From an uncultured bacterium (GTDB taxonomy: Bacteria > Armatimonadota > Abditibacteriia > Abditibacteriales > Abditibacteriaceae): a stretch of 64,000 nt of DNA. Made by a program: the position numbers and the translations under genes. The stretch covers positions 2,740,375 through 2,804,374 of the forward strand of contig CAWJLW010000006.1 in the NCBI GenBank assembly GCA_963843795.1, read 5' to 3'. Below are positions 49,403 through 59,000 of the stretch, one piece after another (within the stretch, counting starts at the first letter, position 1; each line of letters opens with the position of its first letter). The notes under the pieces were generated by a model. It saw nothing but the letters and a program-made list of their open reading frames with translations. It did no database searches and was not told where the DNA came from.

Positions 49403-50860
49403 ATGAAATCCACCAAATTTTGTCTGTTTTTACTGGCTTTGCAGGCCTCCCCTTTTGCGGCAGCGCCTATTGCGCGTTATTTTTTGCCGCGGGCGCTGGC
49501 GCAGCCCCTGCCCGAACGTCGTGTCTTGAGCGGGCGCATCACCGACGACGCGGGCAATCCGCTGCCACGCATCAATATCACGCTACAGCGTGAAAACGAT
49601 ATGGGCGCACACGCGTTCTGGGGTACAGTTGCCGTGACCGATGCGCAAGGGCGCTTTCGCATCGACAACGCCGAAGATGGTGCTTATCTTATTTCTGCTG
49701 AGGGCGACAATTTTTCCAACGTGCAAAACCAGCATTTGCGCATTGATGCCAACTCGACGGTGTGGAACACCCAGCTGCAACGCTTGACCAATTTGCTACT
49801 GCTGCTGAAAGATACTGAAGGCAAAATTCTGCCGAAAGCGCGCGTCGCCTTGCGCCTCAGTAAAAGCTCTGGTTCCGATGCCGATATCAATCGAATGGCT
49901 TTTGCGCGCAAAATGCAGCGTCGCGCCAACACGAATAATAAAGGCGAATTGCAAATGCCCAACATCGAACCCGGAACCTACACACTTGATATTGCGTTGC
50001 CCGGCGTTGGTTTTGCCAAGATTGAAAATTTCGAAGTGAAGTATGAAGCCAAACCCAGCGCGCGCGAAGTGCAATTGCAGCGCGGCGGCAATGTGAAGTT
50101 GGTCGCGCGTGAAAATGATGCAGACGGGCGTTTGCTGGGCGGGGCTGTCTTGACATTGGGCGAAGACGTGCAGATTACCGCTGAGCAGCGCGCGCAAGGC
50201 GCTTTGGTGCGGCAGGGCGCGATGGATTTGAGCAATCTGTATGCGTGGAGCTCTGACGGTTCGCGCGCAGTCACCAGCGATGGTGATGGCGCGCTGGAAT
50301 TGCAAGACCTCGCCCCCGGAAAATATACCGCGCGTCTGATTTTGCCCGGCTATGCACCCGGCGAAGCGCAAAGTTTTGAAATTCAAAGCGGCCAAAATAA
50401 AACTCTAACCTTTGATCTCAAACCACGCAGCAAAGCCAAAGCAATTGATTTCATTCTCCAAACCCCCAATGGCGCGCCCGTCGCTGACCGCGATTGGACG
50501 TTGCAATTGCGCTGGGTGCAACCATTGCCAACTGCGCCCGCCACGCCAGTGCCCGACACCGTTGTTACTGCGCCACCAGAAGTAATGACGTTGCCGCTCG
50601 AAACTGCACCACTGCCGCCGGGCGCGTTGAATTTGGGGTTGGAAGACGAAGGCCTGACTAACTTTCCCGGCATAATAGCGCGCCGCGTGCATGCGAACGA
50701 AAAAGGCCAATTTACCCTGTATCCAATGCAAGCAGGTCGCTGGATGCTAACGATTTTTGCCACGCCACAAGAAGATGCTGGCCCGCGCGGGCCTATCACG
50801 CAACAAACTATCGACATCGATGCCAGTAAACCGGTGCTGATAACGCTGAAAATGCAGTGA
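49403..50860 (+). CDS. Secreted carboxypeptidase-regulatory-like (Cna-B/prealbumin-like) repeat protein
   Basis: [13 protein letters not shown] and repeated T+..G.+.+..L.PG.Y motifs. Start uncertain. Confidence 0.75.
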   Translation: MKSTKFCLFLLALQASPFAAAPIARYFLPRALAQPLPERRVLSGRITDDAGNPLPRINITLQRENDMGAHAFWGTVAVTDAQGRFRIDNAEDGAYLISAEGDNFSNVQNQHLRIDANSTVWNTQLQRLTNLLLLLKDTEGKILPKARVALRLSKSSGSDADINRMAFARKMQRRANTNNKGELQMPNIEPGTYTLDIALPGVGFAKIENFEVKYEAKPSAREVQLQRGGNVKLVARENDADGRLLGGAVLTLGEDVQITAEQRAQGALVRQGAMDLSNLYAWSSDGSRAVTSDGDGALELQDLAPGKYTARLILPGYAPGEAQSFEIQSGQNKTLTFDLKPRSKAKAIDFILQTPNGAPVADRDWTLQLRWVQPLPTAPATPVPDTVVTAPPEVMTLPLETAPLPPGALNLGLEDEGLTNFPGIIARRVHANEKGQFTLYPMQAGRWMLTIFATPQEDAGPRGPITQQTIDIDASKPVLITLKMQ

Positions 50861-50865
50861 CGCGG

Positions 50866-50901
50866 CTTTTGTGGTCTGCAAGTACTTGCAGACCACAAAA
50901 G
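50866..50901. repeat. 36-bp perfect palindrome on the iterated motif
   Basis: CTTTTGTGGTCTGCAAGT|ACTTGCAGACCACAAAAG. Confidence 0.85.
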
Positions 50902-50967
50902 AGCGGTTTCCGTAACCTTAATGGATGCTCAGCAACTCGTATGCAAAGCGTTGTCGAAAAGTGCATT

Positions 50968-51726
50968 ATGCGCAATCAATTCTCCAGAACTCGCCACCTT
51001 CGTGGCCTTTCACCGCAGGCTTTTACCCTCATCGAACTTTTAGTCGTCATAGCTATCATTGCGATCCTCGCTGCGATTTTGTTTCCGGTTTTTGCCCGCG
51101 CGCGCGAACAAGCGCGGCGCGCCAGTTGCGGCAGTAATTTCAAGCAAATCGGGCTGGGCATGATGCAATACACGCAAGATTACGACGAGCGTTATCCACC
51201 GTTCAGTCTGGGCGCGGGCAACGTCGGTTTTCAGGGTTACAGCGGCGCGGATGGCGCCCGCTGGGTCGATGAGATTTTTCCGTATGTGAAAAGCGCGCAG
51301 ATTTTCGATTGTCCCAGCGGCAGCAAAAAAATGACGCTTTATCCGGGCGGCCAATTTTACGATGTCGGCACCTATTCTTACGGCTATGTTGCCGCTTCGG
51401 ACGCCACGTTTCCCGTCGGCGTCGCCGCCCGTTCGATGGCCGAAATTGAAGACACAGCCGGCACGCTGATGCTCGTGGAAGATGGACGGCAAGACGACGC
51501 AACTGGCAACCCGGAAACGCAGGGCCGCCTGATTCCCAAAGTTGGCGAATCGCTGGAAACTCTCGGCAGTCGCCTCAACGGTTTTCGCCACACCGGCGTG
51601 CCGCAAGACGATTACCCCAATTACGCTTTTAATGCCGCTTACGTCGATGGCCACGTCAAATGGACGCGCTTGACCGATTCCTGGCAAAATGGCGCGATGC
51701 GCATGTGGACAATCGCCGCCGATTAA
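50968..51726 (+). CDS. Prepilin-type N-terminal methylation / DUF1559 / H-X9-DG protein
   Basis: [38 protein letters not shown] and [11 protein letters not shown] motifs. Confidence 0.93.
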   Translation: MRNQFSRTRHLRGLSPQAFTLIELLVVIAIIAILAAILFPVFARAREQARRASCGSNFKQIGLGMMQYTQDYDERYPPFSLGAGNVGFQGYSGADGARWVDEIFPYVKSAQIFDCPSGSKKMTLYPGGQFYDVGTYSYGYVAASDATFPVGVAARSMAEIEDTAGTLMLVEDGRQDDATGNPETQGRLIPKVGESLETLGSRLNGFRHTGVPQDDYPNYAFNAAYVDGHVKWTRLTDSWQNGAMRMWTIAAD

Positions 51727-51835
51727 CTGCCGCACCGCCACACAAAAGCGCGCTGCAAGTACTTGCACGGTACTTGCAGCGCGCTTTTTAACTATCGCGC
51801 TGTGTTAGGGAGCAAATAACAGATACTGTAAGCTC

Positions 51836-52216
51836 ATGAAAACGGTGCGAGTAGAAAACCAGACGCGCGGCACAGAATTGGCGGCGCGCTGCGAAATCGC
51901 CGATAACATTTTGACGCGTGTGCGCGGTTTGTTGGGCCGCGCTACTCTGGAAAAGGGCGCTGCGCTGTGGATTGAGCCGTGTCCTTCAGTTCATATGTTC
52001 GGAATGAAATTCGCGATTGATGTACTATTTTTATCGCGCGAAGGTCGCGTGGTAGATTGGACGGAAAATCTCGCGCCGGGCGCGTATTATGTGGCGAAGC
52101 CGTGGCAGGACGGCGCGCAAAAAATTAAAGCGCAAATTGCCATTGAATTGCCTGCTGGCACACTGAAAGATCAACAAGTTGAGCGCGGCGATGAAATCGT
52201 GCGCGTTGCGTTGTAA
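51836..52216 (+). CDS. DUF192 family protein
   Basis: R.RGLLGR, PC.SVHMFGMKFAIDVLF and IELPAG motifs. Confidence 0.88.
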   Translation: MKTVRVENQTRGTELAARCEIADNILTRVRGLLGRATLEKGAALWIEPCPSVHMFGMKFAIDVLFLSREGRVVDWTENLAPGAYYVAKPWQDGAQKIKAQIAIELPAGTLKDQQVERGDEIVRVAL

Positions 52217-52283
52217 AGTCGTGGTCGAGACGCCCTGCAAGTACTTGCAGGGCGTTTTTCACACGGAAAAATTTGATTTGACT

Positions 52284-53477
52284 ATGAACATCGCGTTTTT
52301 TTGCGACGCTTACAAACCAACGCGCAACGGCGTGGCGGTCAGCGTGGAAACCACTGCCGAAGAATTACGGCGTTTGAATCACAAGGTGACGATTTTCGCG
52401 CCCCAATATCGCGGCTACGAAGACGATTCGCACGATGTCGTGCGTTTTCACGCGGGCCATTGGTTTCGCGCCAAAGATTTTCCGGTCGCCAAACCTGCTT
52501 TGGCGCGCATGAATTGGAATGCGTGGGTGCGTTTTCAACGCGGCCATTTCGACATCGTGCATTCGCATTCCCCCTTCACTTTGGGCTGCGTGGGGCAACG
52601 TTGGGCCAGCCGTCACAGCTTGCCGGTCGTGCTCACTTTTCACACTTTATATCACCATTATCTGCATTACGTGCCCGTGCCGCGCGAAGTGTTGCGCCAG
52701 TATTTGTTTTGGCGTTTGCGCGATTATTGTTACAGCGTCGATCATATCATTGTGCCCTCGCGCCCAGTCAATAAAGTCGTGCAGGCGATTCGCCCCGGCG
52801 CGCCAACGACGGTTTTGCCGACTGGCATCGACATCAATCGCTTCGCCAATGGCAATCGCCAGCGCGTGCGCAACGAATATGGAATTGCCGATGGCGAAAC
52901 CGTTCTGCTATGCGTAGGCCGTATCGTATTAGAAAAAAATCTGGTTTTTCTGCTGCGCGCTGTCACGCCTTTGTTGCAAGACGCGAATCGTCGTGTGCGC
53001 TTGATGCTGGTTGGCGGCGGGCCCGCGCTGGACGAGTTGAAGCAGTTGTGCGACCACTTGCACATAACCGAGCGCGTGATTTGGACGGATTTTATTGATC
53101 CGGCACAAATGGCTGATTATTACGCAGCGGGTGATATTTTCACCTTTGCCTCACGCACCGAAACTCAAGGCATGGCCATCGCGGAAGCTCTCGCCAGCGG
53201 CTTACCGTGCGTTGTGGTCGGCGTGATGGGCGCAGCCGAAGCGCTCACCGATGGCTGCGACGGTTTCATCGTACCGCCCGATGAAGACAAGTTCCGCGAA
53301 GCCGTGGCGCAATTAGTCGATGATCGAGAGTTGCGCCAAAAAATGGCCCGCCGCGCGCGACAGGACATCCACGATTTATCGCGCGAACATATCGTCGCCC
53401 AACTCGTTGACTTATACGAACAGCTCATCGCCGCGCGCGAAGCCGCACCACGCCGCTATTCGCCACGCTATTTCTGA
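52284..53477 (+). CDS. Glycosyltransferase family 4 (diacylglycerol glucosyltransferase-like)
   Basis: D.Y.P..NGV..S, HSHSPF, PTGID, GR...EKN and S.TETQG...EALA motifs. Confidence 0.9.
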   Translation: MNIAFFCDAYKPTRNGVAVSVETTAEELRRLNHKVTIFAPQYRGYEDDSHDVVRFHAGHWFRAKDFPVAKPALARMNWNAWVRFQRGHFDIVHSHSPFTLGCVGQRWASRHSLPVVLTFHTLYHHYLHYVPVPREVLRQYLFWRLRDYCYSVDHIIVPSRPVNKVVQAIRPGAPTTVLPTGIDINRFANGNRQRVRNEYGIADGETVLLCVGRIVLEKNLVFLLRAVTPLLQDANRRVRLMLVGGGPALDELKQLCDHLHITERVIWTDFIDPAQMADYYAAGDIFTFASRTETQGMAIAEALASGLPCVVVGVMGAAEALTDGCDGFIVPPDEDKFREAVAQLVDDRELRQKMARRARQDIHDLSREHIVAQLVDLYEQLIAAREAAPRRYSPRYF

Positions 53478-53549
53478 GTATTTCGGACAACCGCAAAAGA
53501 TTCAGATTCGACTGCGCCAATTACATCCACAATTCAATCAAACTGCAAA

Positions 53550-53583
53550 AAAAACGCTTTGCAAGTACTTGCAAAGCGTTTTT
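53550..53583. terminator. 34-bp perfect palindrome on the iterated motif with T-tract
   Basis: AAAAACGCTTTGCAAGT|ACTTGCAAAGCGTTTTT, downstream of the GT4 gene. Confidence 0.75.
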
Positions 53584-53705
53584 CCGCCCCTCAGATTTAT
53601 CCAAGGTGCCACCACAACAGCAAGCCGAAAATACAGCGACAAAATTTGTGCGACAAATTTTGCGCAGGATTAAGGCTTAAACTTACTAATTTTAAAATTA
53701 TACGC

Positions 53706-53734
53706 TTGCGATAAAGCGAAATTTATTCGATAAT
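53706..53734 (+). promoter_or_regulatory. Putative sigma70 promoter of the dcw cluster
   Basis: TTGCGA-17 nt-GATAAT with an AT-rich upstream region, ahead of mraZ. Confidence 0.55.
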
Positions 53735-53880
53735 GGACGGCGTGTGGAGCGCTGTGACGCCATAGGACTGATTTCAGGAAGCCATTAAAAAACGACCTGA
53801 ATCAAGCTGCAAAGTGTGGCACAGAGACATAGATAGTGCAACACGATTTCATTTCCTGTTAGTGATGACGGAACAATATC

Positions 53881-54720
53881 ATGGTGAGGCTGGCTGCCGA
53901 GGCGATTGAGTCGGAGCCGGAATGGGACGAAGATACCGAACTTCTCGACCGTGCCGATAATGATTGGCGCGAAGAAGACGACCAAGACGAAATTTCGCAG
54001 AGCGAAAGTTTGCGTTATGGACGCGAGAACAGAGTAGCTTTGCCTTCTGTCCCGGTAATGACCGGCACTCATTTTCACTCGCTTGACGACAAGGGGCGTG
54101 TGATTATTCCGGCCAAGTTGCGGCCCGCGCTGACCGATCAGTTTTGGATGATGCTGGACGAAAACGACAACGTCGGCATCTACAATTATGAAACCGGTTT
54201 GAACATTTTGGCGCACTGCGAACGGATGATGGCCGCCGATCCCGATAATGAAAACGTGGCGGCCGCAGTCGAGCGTATTACAAGCGCAACGGATTTGGTC
54301 ACAGTCGAGAACGGTTATCGCGTGATGGTTTCAGACATGTTGCAGATGTACGCGGGCTTGTCGAAAGAAGTGGTCACGGTTGGCGTTTTGAACCATGCAG
54401 TTTTGTGGGATCGTGATCGCTGGGAAGAAAACGAACTCAAGCGTCAGGATAATCCCGACGTGCGAAAAACTCAGGCTTCGATGCTGCGCGCCGCCGCTTC
54501 CAGCGCACAGCCCAAGCCAAAACCGCGACTGGAAGTCGATGTGCGCGAAGAAATGGATGATCATGAAATCGCCGCAACCGGGACAGACCGCATCAGCACA
54601 ATTGGCAGACGCAGCAACCCGCGAACAGGAACTGCTCGCCCCAGCGAGCGAAAAGCTGCATCCGCCGGCGATGGTGAAAAGCGTTCTCGAATTCTTGCGC
54701 TTTCCAAACTCGGACGTTAA
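53881..54720 (+). CDS. mraZ: MraZ with acidic N-terminal and basic C-terminal extensions
   Basis: G.H.HSLDDKGRVIIPAKLR and YAGLSKEVVTVGV....LWD motifs. First gene of the dcw cluster. Confidence 0.88.
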   Translation: MVRLAAEAIESEPEWDEDTELLDRADNDWREEDDQDEISQSESLRYGRENRVALPSVPVMTGTHFHSLDDKGRVIIPAKLRPALTDQFWMMLDENDNVGIYNYETGLNILAHCERMMAADPDNENVAAAVERITSATDLVTVENGYRVMVSDMLQMYAGLSKEVVTVGVLNHAVLWDRDRWEENELKRQDNPDVRKTQASMLRAAASSAQPKPKPRLEVDVREEMDDHEIAATGTDRISTIGRRSNPRTGTARPSERKAASAGDGEKRSRILALSKLGR

Positions 54721-54752
54721 AAGTTCGGACGCAAAAAGTTTGGATACGGAGA

Positions 54753-55923
54753 ATGCGAATCAAACGCCCGGTGCAAGTTACTTGCATCGATAGTTCGCCC
54801 GTAGGTTTGACGGCAACTTTGCCCGAAGACGCCATTTTAATCGATGGCACATTGGGCACCGGAGGCCACACGTTGGCGATGTTGCAGGCGCATCCAACGT
54901 GTCGAGTGATTGCTTTCGACCGCGACGAGCGTTCGATGGCTGTCGCAAAAGAGCGCTTGCAACGCGCAAAATGTCGCGCATCGAGTGACTTGGGTGCAAG
55001 GCGATTATCGCCATGCAGACGCTTTGCTCGAACCGTACCTTGAAAAACAGAAGGTTGGAACTGACGGACGCGAACTGTCGCGCATTGATGGGGCATTAAT
55101 TGATGCGGGAATGTCGTTATGGCAGATCGAGCGGGCTGGGCACGGATTATCGTTTCGTGTCGAAGGGCCGCTGGATATGCGCTATGACATGGAGCAGTCG
55201 TGGTCAGCTTTCGACCTGGTGAATCGTTTGGAAGCCGAATCGTTGGAAGATTTGATTTTTTCGTATACAGATGAGAGGTGGGCGCGTCGCATCGTCCAAT
55301 TTATCATCGCAGCCCGTCATCGCAGCCCGATTTCCACTACGTCAGAACTGGCCGGTCTCATCGCAGCCGCCATCCCGGAAGGAGCGCGTCGTCAATCGCG
55401 TGTTCATCCCGCCACCAAAACTTTTGCCGCTCTACGGCTTGCCGTGAACACAGAGTTTTGGGCACTCGATCAAGGCGCACGCGCTTTGTCTACCGTGTTG
55501 GCTCCCACAGCCCGACTGGTCGTTCTGACTTATAGCAGCAACGAAGACCGCATTCTTAAACGCACTTTTCGCCGCCTGGCCGGTCGTGAAATTCCTCTGG
55601 AAGCTCAGATATCTCCCGACCGCAAAAAACGGAAAACGGCCGCTTTCTCTGAGAAACGGCGACCTTCCGGCCCGGCGCGTTCATCTCTCTCCTCTTCTCT
55701 CGACCCGCTTCCTCCCGAAATTCTCCAACAATTACAATTGCCACACCAATCGCAAATCCGCGATGATGAAACCGAAAAGCGTTTGCTGGCCGCCGGCTGG
55801 AATCGCGATTGGACGATGAAAATCGTTACCAAAAAACCTGTCGAGCCAAGCGATGAGGAAATTGAAGCCAATCCGCTGGCGCGCAGTTGCAAGCTGCGCG
55901 CGATAGAAAAACGTTTGTTGTGA
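54753..55923 (+). pseudogene. rsmH: 16S rRNA m4C1402 methyltransferase RsmH, frameshifted at about 54963 (likely a sequencing error)
   Basis: IDGTLGTGGH..FDRD lies in one frame. GLSF...GPLDMR, HPATKTF.ALR.AVN.E and NPLARS.KLR lie in the next. Confidence 0.85.
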
Positions 55924-56243
55924 AATGCACTTCGAGATTGCGCCGCAGAAACGCGTTAAAAACGATGCACCGCCCAAATCAAGTACTTGCGGGCGTCCTG
56001 AGGCCAAAAGTACTTGCCACGCCGAATCCGTCACAAACCGGTCGAGACGACCGGTTTCACCCACCGCCATTTGAAGCCCTATCGGGCTATCGAATGAGCG
56101 GCTTTGTTGTGTTTGAAAGTCGTATCTGAAAGTCGTAACTCAAAAGCCACAAAAGGTCGCATTGGAAGATGAGTTGTTTGGTTTCATTGAATGTTTTTGC
56201 GAACCGCTCAATGAAACTTGAAGTTGTATTTCTGGAGAAGCAG

Positions 56244-57032
56244 ATGGCTGCCGCAGCGCCCAAATCCGATTATCGTTCCCTCGTCGAAAACGCGCCTCTG
56301 GCGCCCGACGACGCTCGCGCGCAGACGTCTCCTGCCCGCGATGCGGCGCAGCGCAACGTTTTGCAGCGCGACATCTCGCAACGTGCTGGTGCTCCCAATC
56401 GATTTGTGCTTTCCGAAGAAATAAGCGTGGTGCGAACTGCACCACGCGCGAATCCCCATTTACGCCGCGCGCGGCGCGAAGAACTTCATTTCGATAGTCA
56501 TCCCGATACGCTGACGCCGCACAGCAAACGCGACCGCCAGCGCGCCAAACATCATCGTCCAATTCGCCTGACTTGGTCCGCAGTTCTATGCGTTGCTGTG
56601 GTAATGGCGCAGTTAGTCCTTTTACTGCGCATGAACGCGCGGGCGCTCGAGGCCTCGCAGCAGGCGGGAGCGCTGGAAGCCAAAATCATTGAAACCTCGG
56701 ATCAGATCGAACGAACGCAGCAGCGCATTTCGGTTTATGATTCTTCAGCGCATCTCGCGCAATGGGCGCAAGAGCGCGGCTGGAAGCAAGCCGGTCATCT
56801 CGATATCGACGACGTAACGCGCGCGGGTTTGGCCGCCGCGATGCCAACGCCCGGCGCGACCGCCAAACCTGATGCTTATTTTATCGAAGGCCAAACCAAA
56901 AACCCCAATGAGCCGATTGCCGATGACGCGATTGCCGATAATGCGATTGCCGACGAAACAAAATCGGAAGATAAAAGCGCAGGTAATGAAATTAAGACGG
57001 GCGATGGGCCGGTGAGCAACGATGAGCGATAA
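56244..57032 (+). CDS. FtsL-like bitopic coiled-coil cell division protein
   Basis: Single TM followed by a coiled coil, located between rsmH and ftsI. GGAG RBS. Confidence 0.6.
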   Translation: MAAAAPKSDYRSLVENAPLAPDDARAQTSPARDAAQRNVLQRDISQRAGAPNRFVLSEEISVVRTAPRANPHLRRARREELHFDSHPDTLTPHSKRDRQRAKHHRPIRLTWSAVLCVAVVMAQLVLLLRMNARALEASQQAGALEAKIIETSDQIERTQQRISVYDSSAHLAQWAQERGWKQAGHLDIDDVTRAGLAAAMPTPGATAKPDAYFIEGQTKNPNEPIADDAIADNAIADETKSEDKSAGNEIKTGDGPVSNDER

Positions 57033-58905
57033 ACAACGCAAAAAACGGGACGCGGAAAAAGTGCAGGCACCGATGCCCAATGGCGTCAAACGGCGCATTG
57101 AGAATTCGTGTTATCTGTTTTTGGTTGTCGTGATTGGTTTTGCGATTCGTGTCGTGCAATTACAGGCTTTCGCACGTAGCGACAAAATTGATGTCGCCAC
57201 GACTTTTAACAACACGCAAGTTTTGCCCGCGCGACGCGGGCAAATTCTGGCTAAAGACGGAACGGCGCTGGCAGTTACGTTGAACCAGTTCAACGTCGCA
57301 GTCAACCCGCGCGCAATAAACGACAAGCCGAAAATGGCACGCTTAATCGCCGCAGCGATTGGTGGAGATAGCAGCAAGTACTTGCAGGAGATGGGCAAGG
57401 TCGAGCGGCCCGATGGCAAGCCGAATTATTATGTGCGCCTGGCTCGTAATGTCGAAGAAAATCGCATTGATGAGCTGAGGAAAGTGATGGGCGCGAAAGA
57501 CGGCGAATCGCGCAAAACGCGCGCTCTGCGCAGAGAATTCTGGTCACCACTGACACTCGAACCTTCGCCGCGCCGTCAATATCCCTTGGGCGCATTCGCA
57601 CCACAATTGATCGGTTTCACCGGACGCAACGGTCACGGCGCCGATGGCTTGGAAAAAGCGTGGGATGAAACTCTGGCCGGCAAAGATGGCGAAGTGAAAT
57701 CGCAAGTCGATTCGCGTGGTCGTCCAGTTCCGGGTTTTGTTGCGCAGTGGCAGCAGCCGGTTCCGGGTCGTTCAATTGTCACGACCATCGACCCACAAAT
57801 TCAAGCTGACACCGACAGCGTTTTGCAGCGTTTGGTCGATAAATACAAGCCAAATTTCGCAACGGCGATTGTCATGAAGGCCGACACCGGCGAAATCGTG
57901 GCAATGTCGAATGCGCCGATTTTCGACCTTAACAAAAAACCTGATAATGTGGTCGAATTGGCAACTAATCGTTGTTTGACTTACGCCTACGAGCCGGGTT
58001 CGACATTCAAAATCATTACCGCCGCCGCCGCAGTAGAAAACGTGCCTGATTGGAAAACGCGCACCTACTGGGTGACGGGCGCGGAGCCAGTCGGCAAGCA
58101 TGTGATTCATGACTGGACGTTTTGGTCGGGCCGCGCCAAATCGGAAAATAAAACGCTTTCCGATGGCATTCGCGATAGCTCGAATATTACGATGTGGCAT
58201 TTCGCGCACGCCATGGGCGCGCCGACACTGGCCAAATACGCGGAAAATTTCGGCATTGGTAAAAATGTCGAGTTGGGGCCGCTGCCAACAGCGCGTGGCA
58301 TGATGCCGCGCAATGCGCCCAGCACATGGGGCGATGCGCAACTGGCCAACTTTTCGTTCGGGCAAGGTATGATGCTGACGCCGATTCAGTTAGTACGCGC
58401 GGTCGGCGTGGTGGCCAATGACGGTGTGTTAGTGCAGCCACGTATTGTGAAAGAGTTGCGCGACGAACAAGGCCGCGCGATTCAAACATTCCCCAAGCGC
58501 GAAAGTGGTCGCGTCATCGAAAGCGAAACGGCCAAAGCGGTGACGAAGATGATGGTTCGCGTAGTCGCTGAGGGCACAGCACGCAAATACGTTTTCGTGC
58601 CAGGTTACTCGACCGCAGGCAAAACCGGCTCAGCGCAAAAAGCTGATGGCAAACGCGGTTATAATAACGGCAAATTCATTTCGTCGCTGGCTGGTTTCGT
58701 GCCCGCGAACCAACCGCAATACGTGATTTTGGTGATGGCCGACGAGCCGCACGGCAGCCACTGGGGCAGCGAGGTGTGCGGCCCGGCGTTCAACGAAATT
58801 GCAAACAAAGCGATGCTGCATTTGAGATTGGAAGAAGGCGCCGATGCTCCTGCGCCCGATCCAAATTTGATGGTGCAACCCAAAACGCCGCAAGTACTTT
58901 CGTGA
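57022..58905 (+). CDS. ftsI: Class B penicillin-binding protein (FtsI/SpoVD-like)
   Basis: RG.I..KDG, RQYP, EPGSTFK, SSN and KTG motifs. Confidence 0.92.
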   Translation: MSDKQRKKRDAEKVQAPMPNGVKRRIENSCYLFLVVVIGFAIRVVQLQAFARSDKIDVATTFNNTQVLPARRGQILAKDGTALAVTLNQFNVAVNPRAINDKPKMARLIAAAIGGDSSKYLQEMGKVERPDGKPNYYVRLARNVEENRIDELRKVMGAKDGESRKTRALRREFWSPLTLEPSPRRQYPLGAFAPQLIGFTGRNGHGADGLEKAWDETLAGKDGEVKSQVDSRGRPVPGFVAQWQQPVPGRSIVTTIDPQIQADTDSVLQRLVDKYKPNFATAIVMKADTGEIVAMSNAPIFDLNKKPDNVVELATNRCLTYAYEPGSTFKIITAAAAVENVPDWKTRTYWVTGAEPVGKHVIHDWTFWSGRAKSENKTLSDGIRDSSNITMWHFAHAMGAPTLAKYAENFGIGKNVELGPLPTARGMMPRNAPSTWGDAQLANFSFGQGMMLTPIQLVRAVGVVANDGVLVQPRIVKELRDEQGRAIQTFPKRESGRVIESETAKAVTKMMVRVVAEGTARKYVFVPGYSTAGKTGSAQKADGKRGYNNGKFISSLAGFVPANQPQYVILVMADEPHGSHWGSEVCGPAFNEIANKAMLHLRLEEGADAPAPDPNLMVQPKTPQVLS

Positions 58906-58949
58906 GCAAAGTAGTTCTCCGCCCGCATGCGGGCGGAGAACTACTTTGC
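58906..58949. repeat. 44-bp perfect palindrome with a different centre (GCATGC)
   Basis: GCAAAGTAGTTCTCCGCCCGCA|TGCGGGCGGAGAACTACTTTGC, between ftsI and murE. Confidence 0.85.
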
Positions 58950-59000
58950 ACATTCTCAATTCCACATTTCAACGTCCACATTCCGCCGTTATAAACGCTT

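Noticed and set aside
53735..53880. MraZ-box direct repeats upstream of mraZ
   Set aside because: Only two GTGTGG-like words are present, without convincing 10-bp periodicity.
56914..56958. 15-bp x3 repeat (IADDA/IADNA/IADET) in the ftsL-like tail
   Set aside because: An in-frame low-complexity expansion in a disordered tail, with no sign of independent function.
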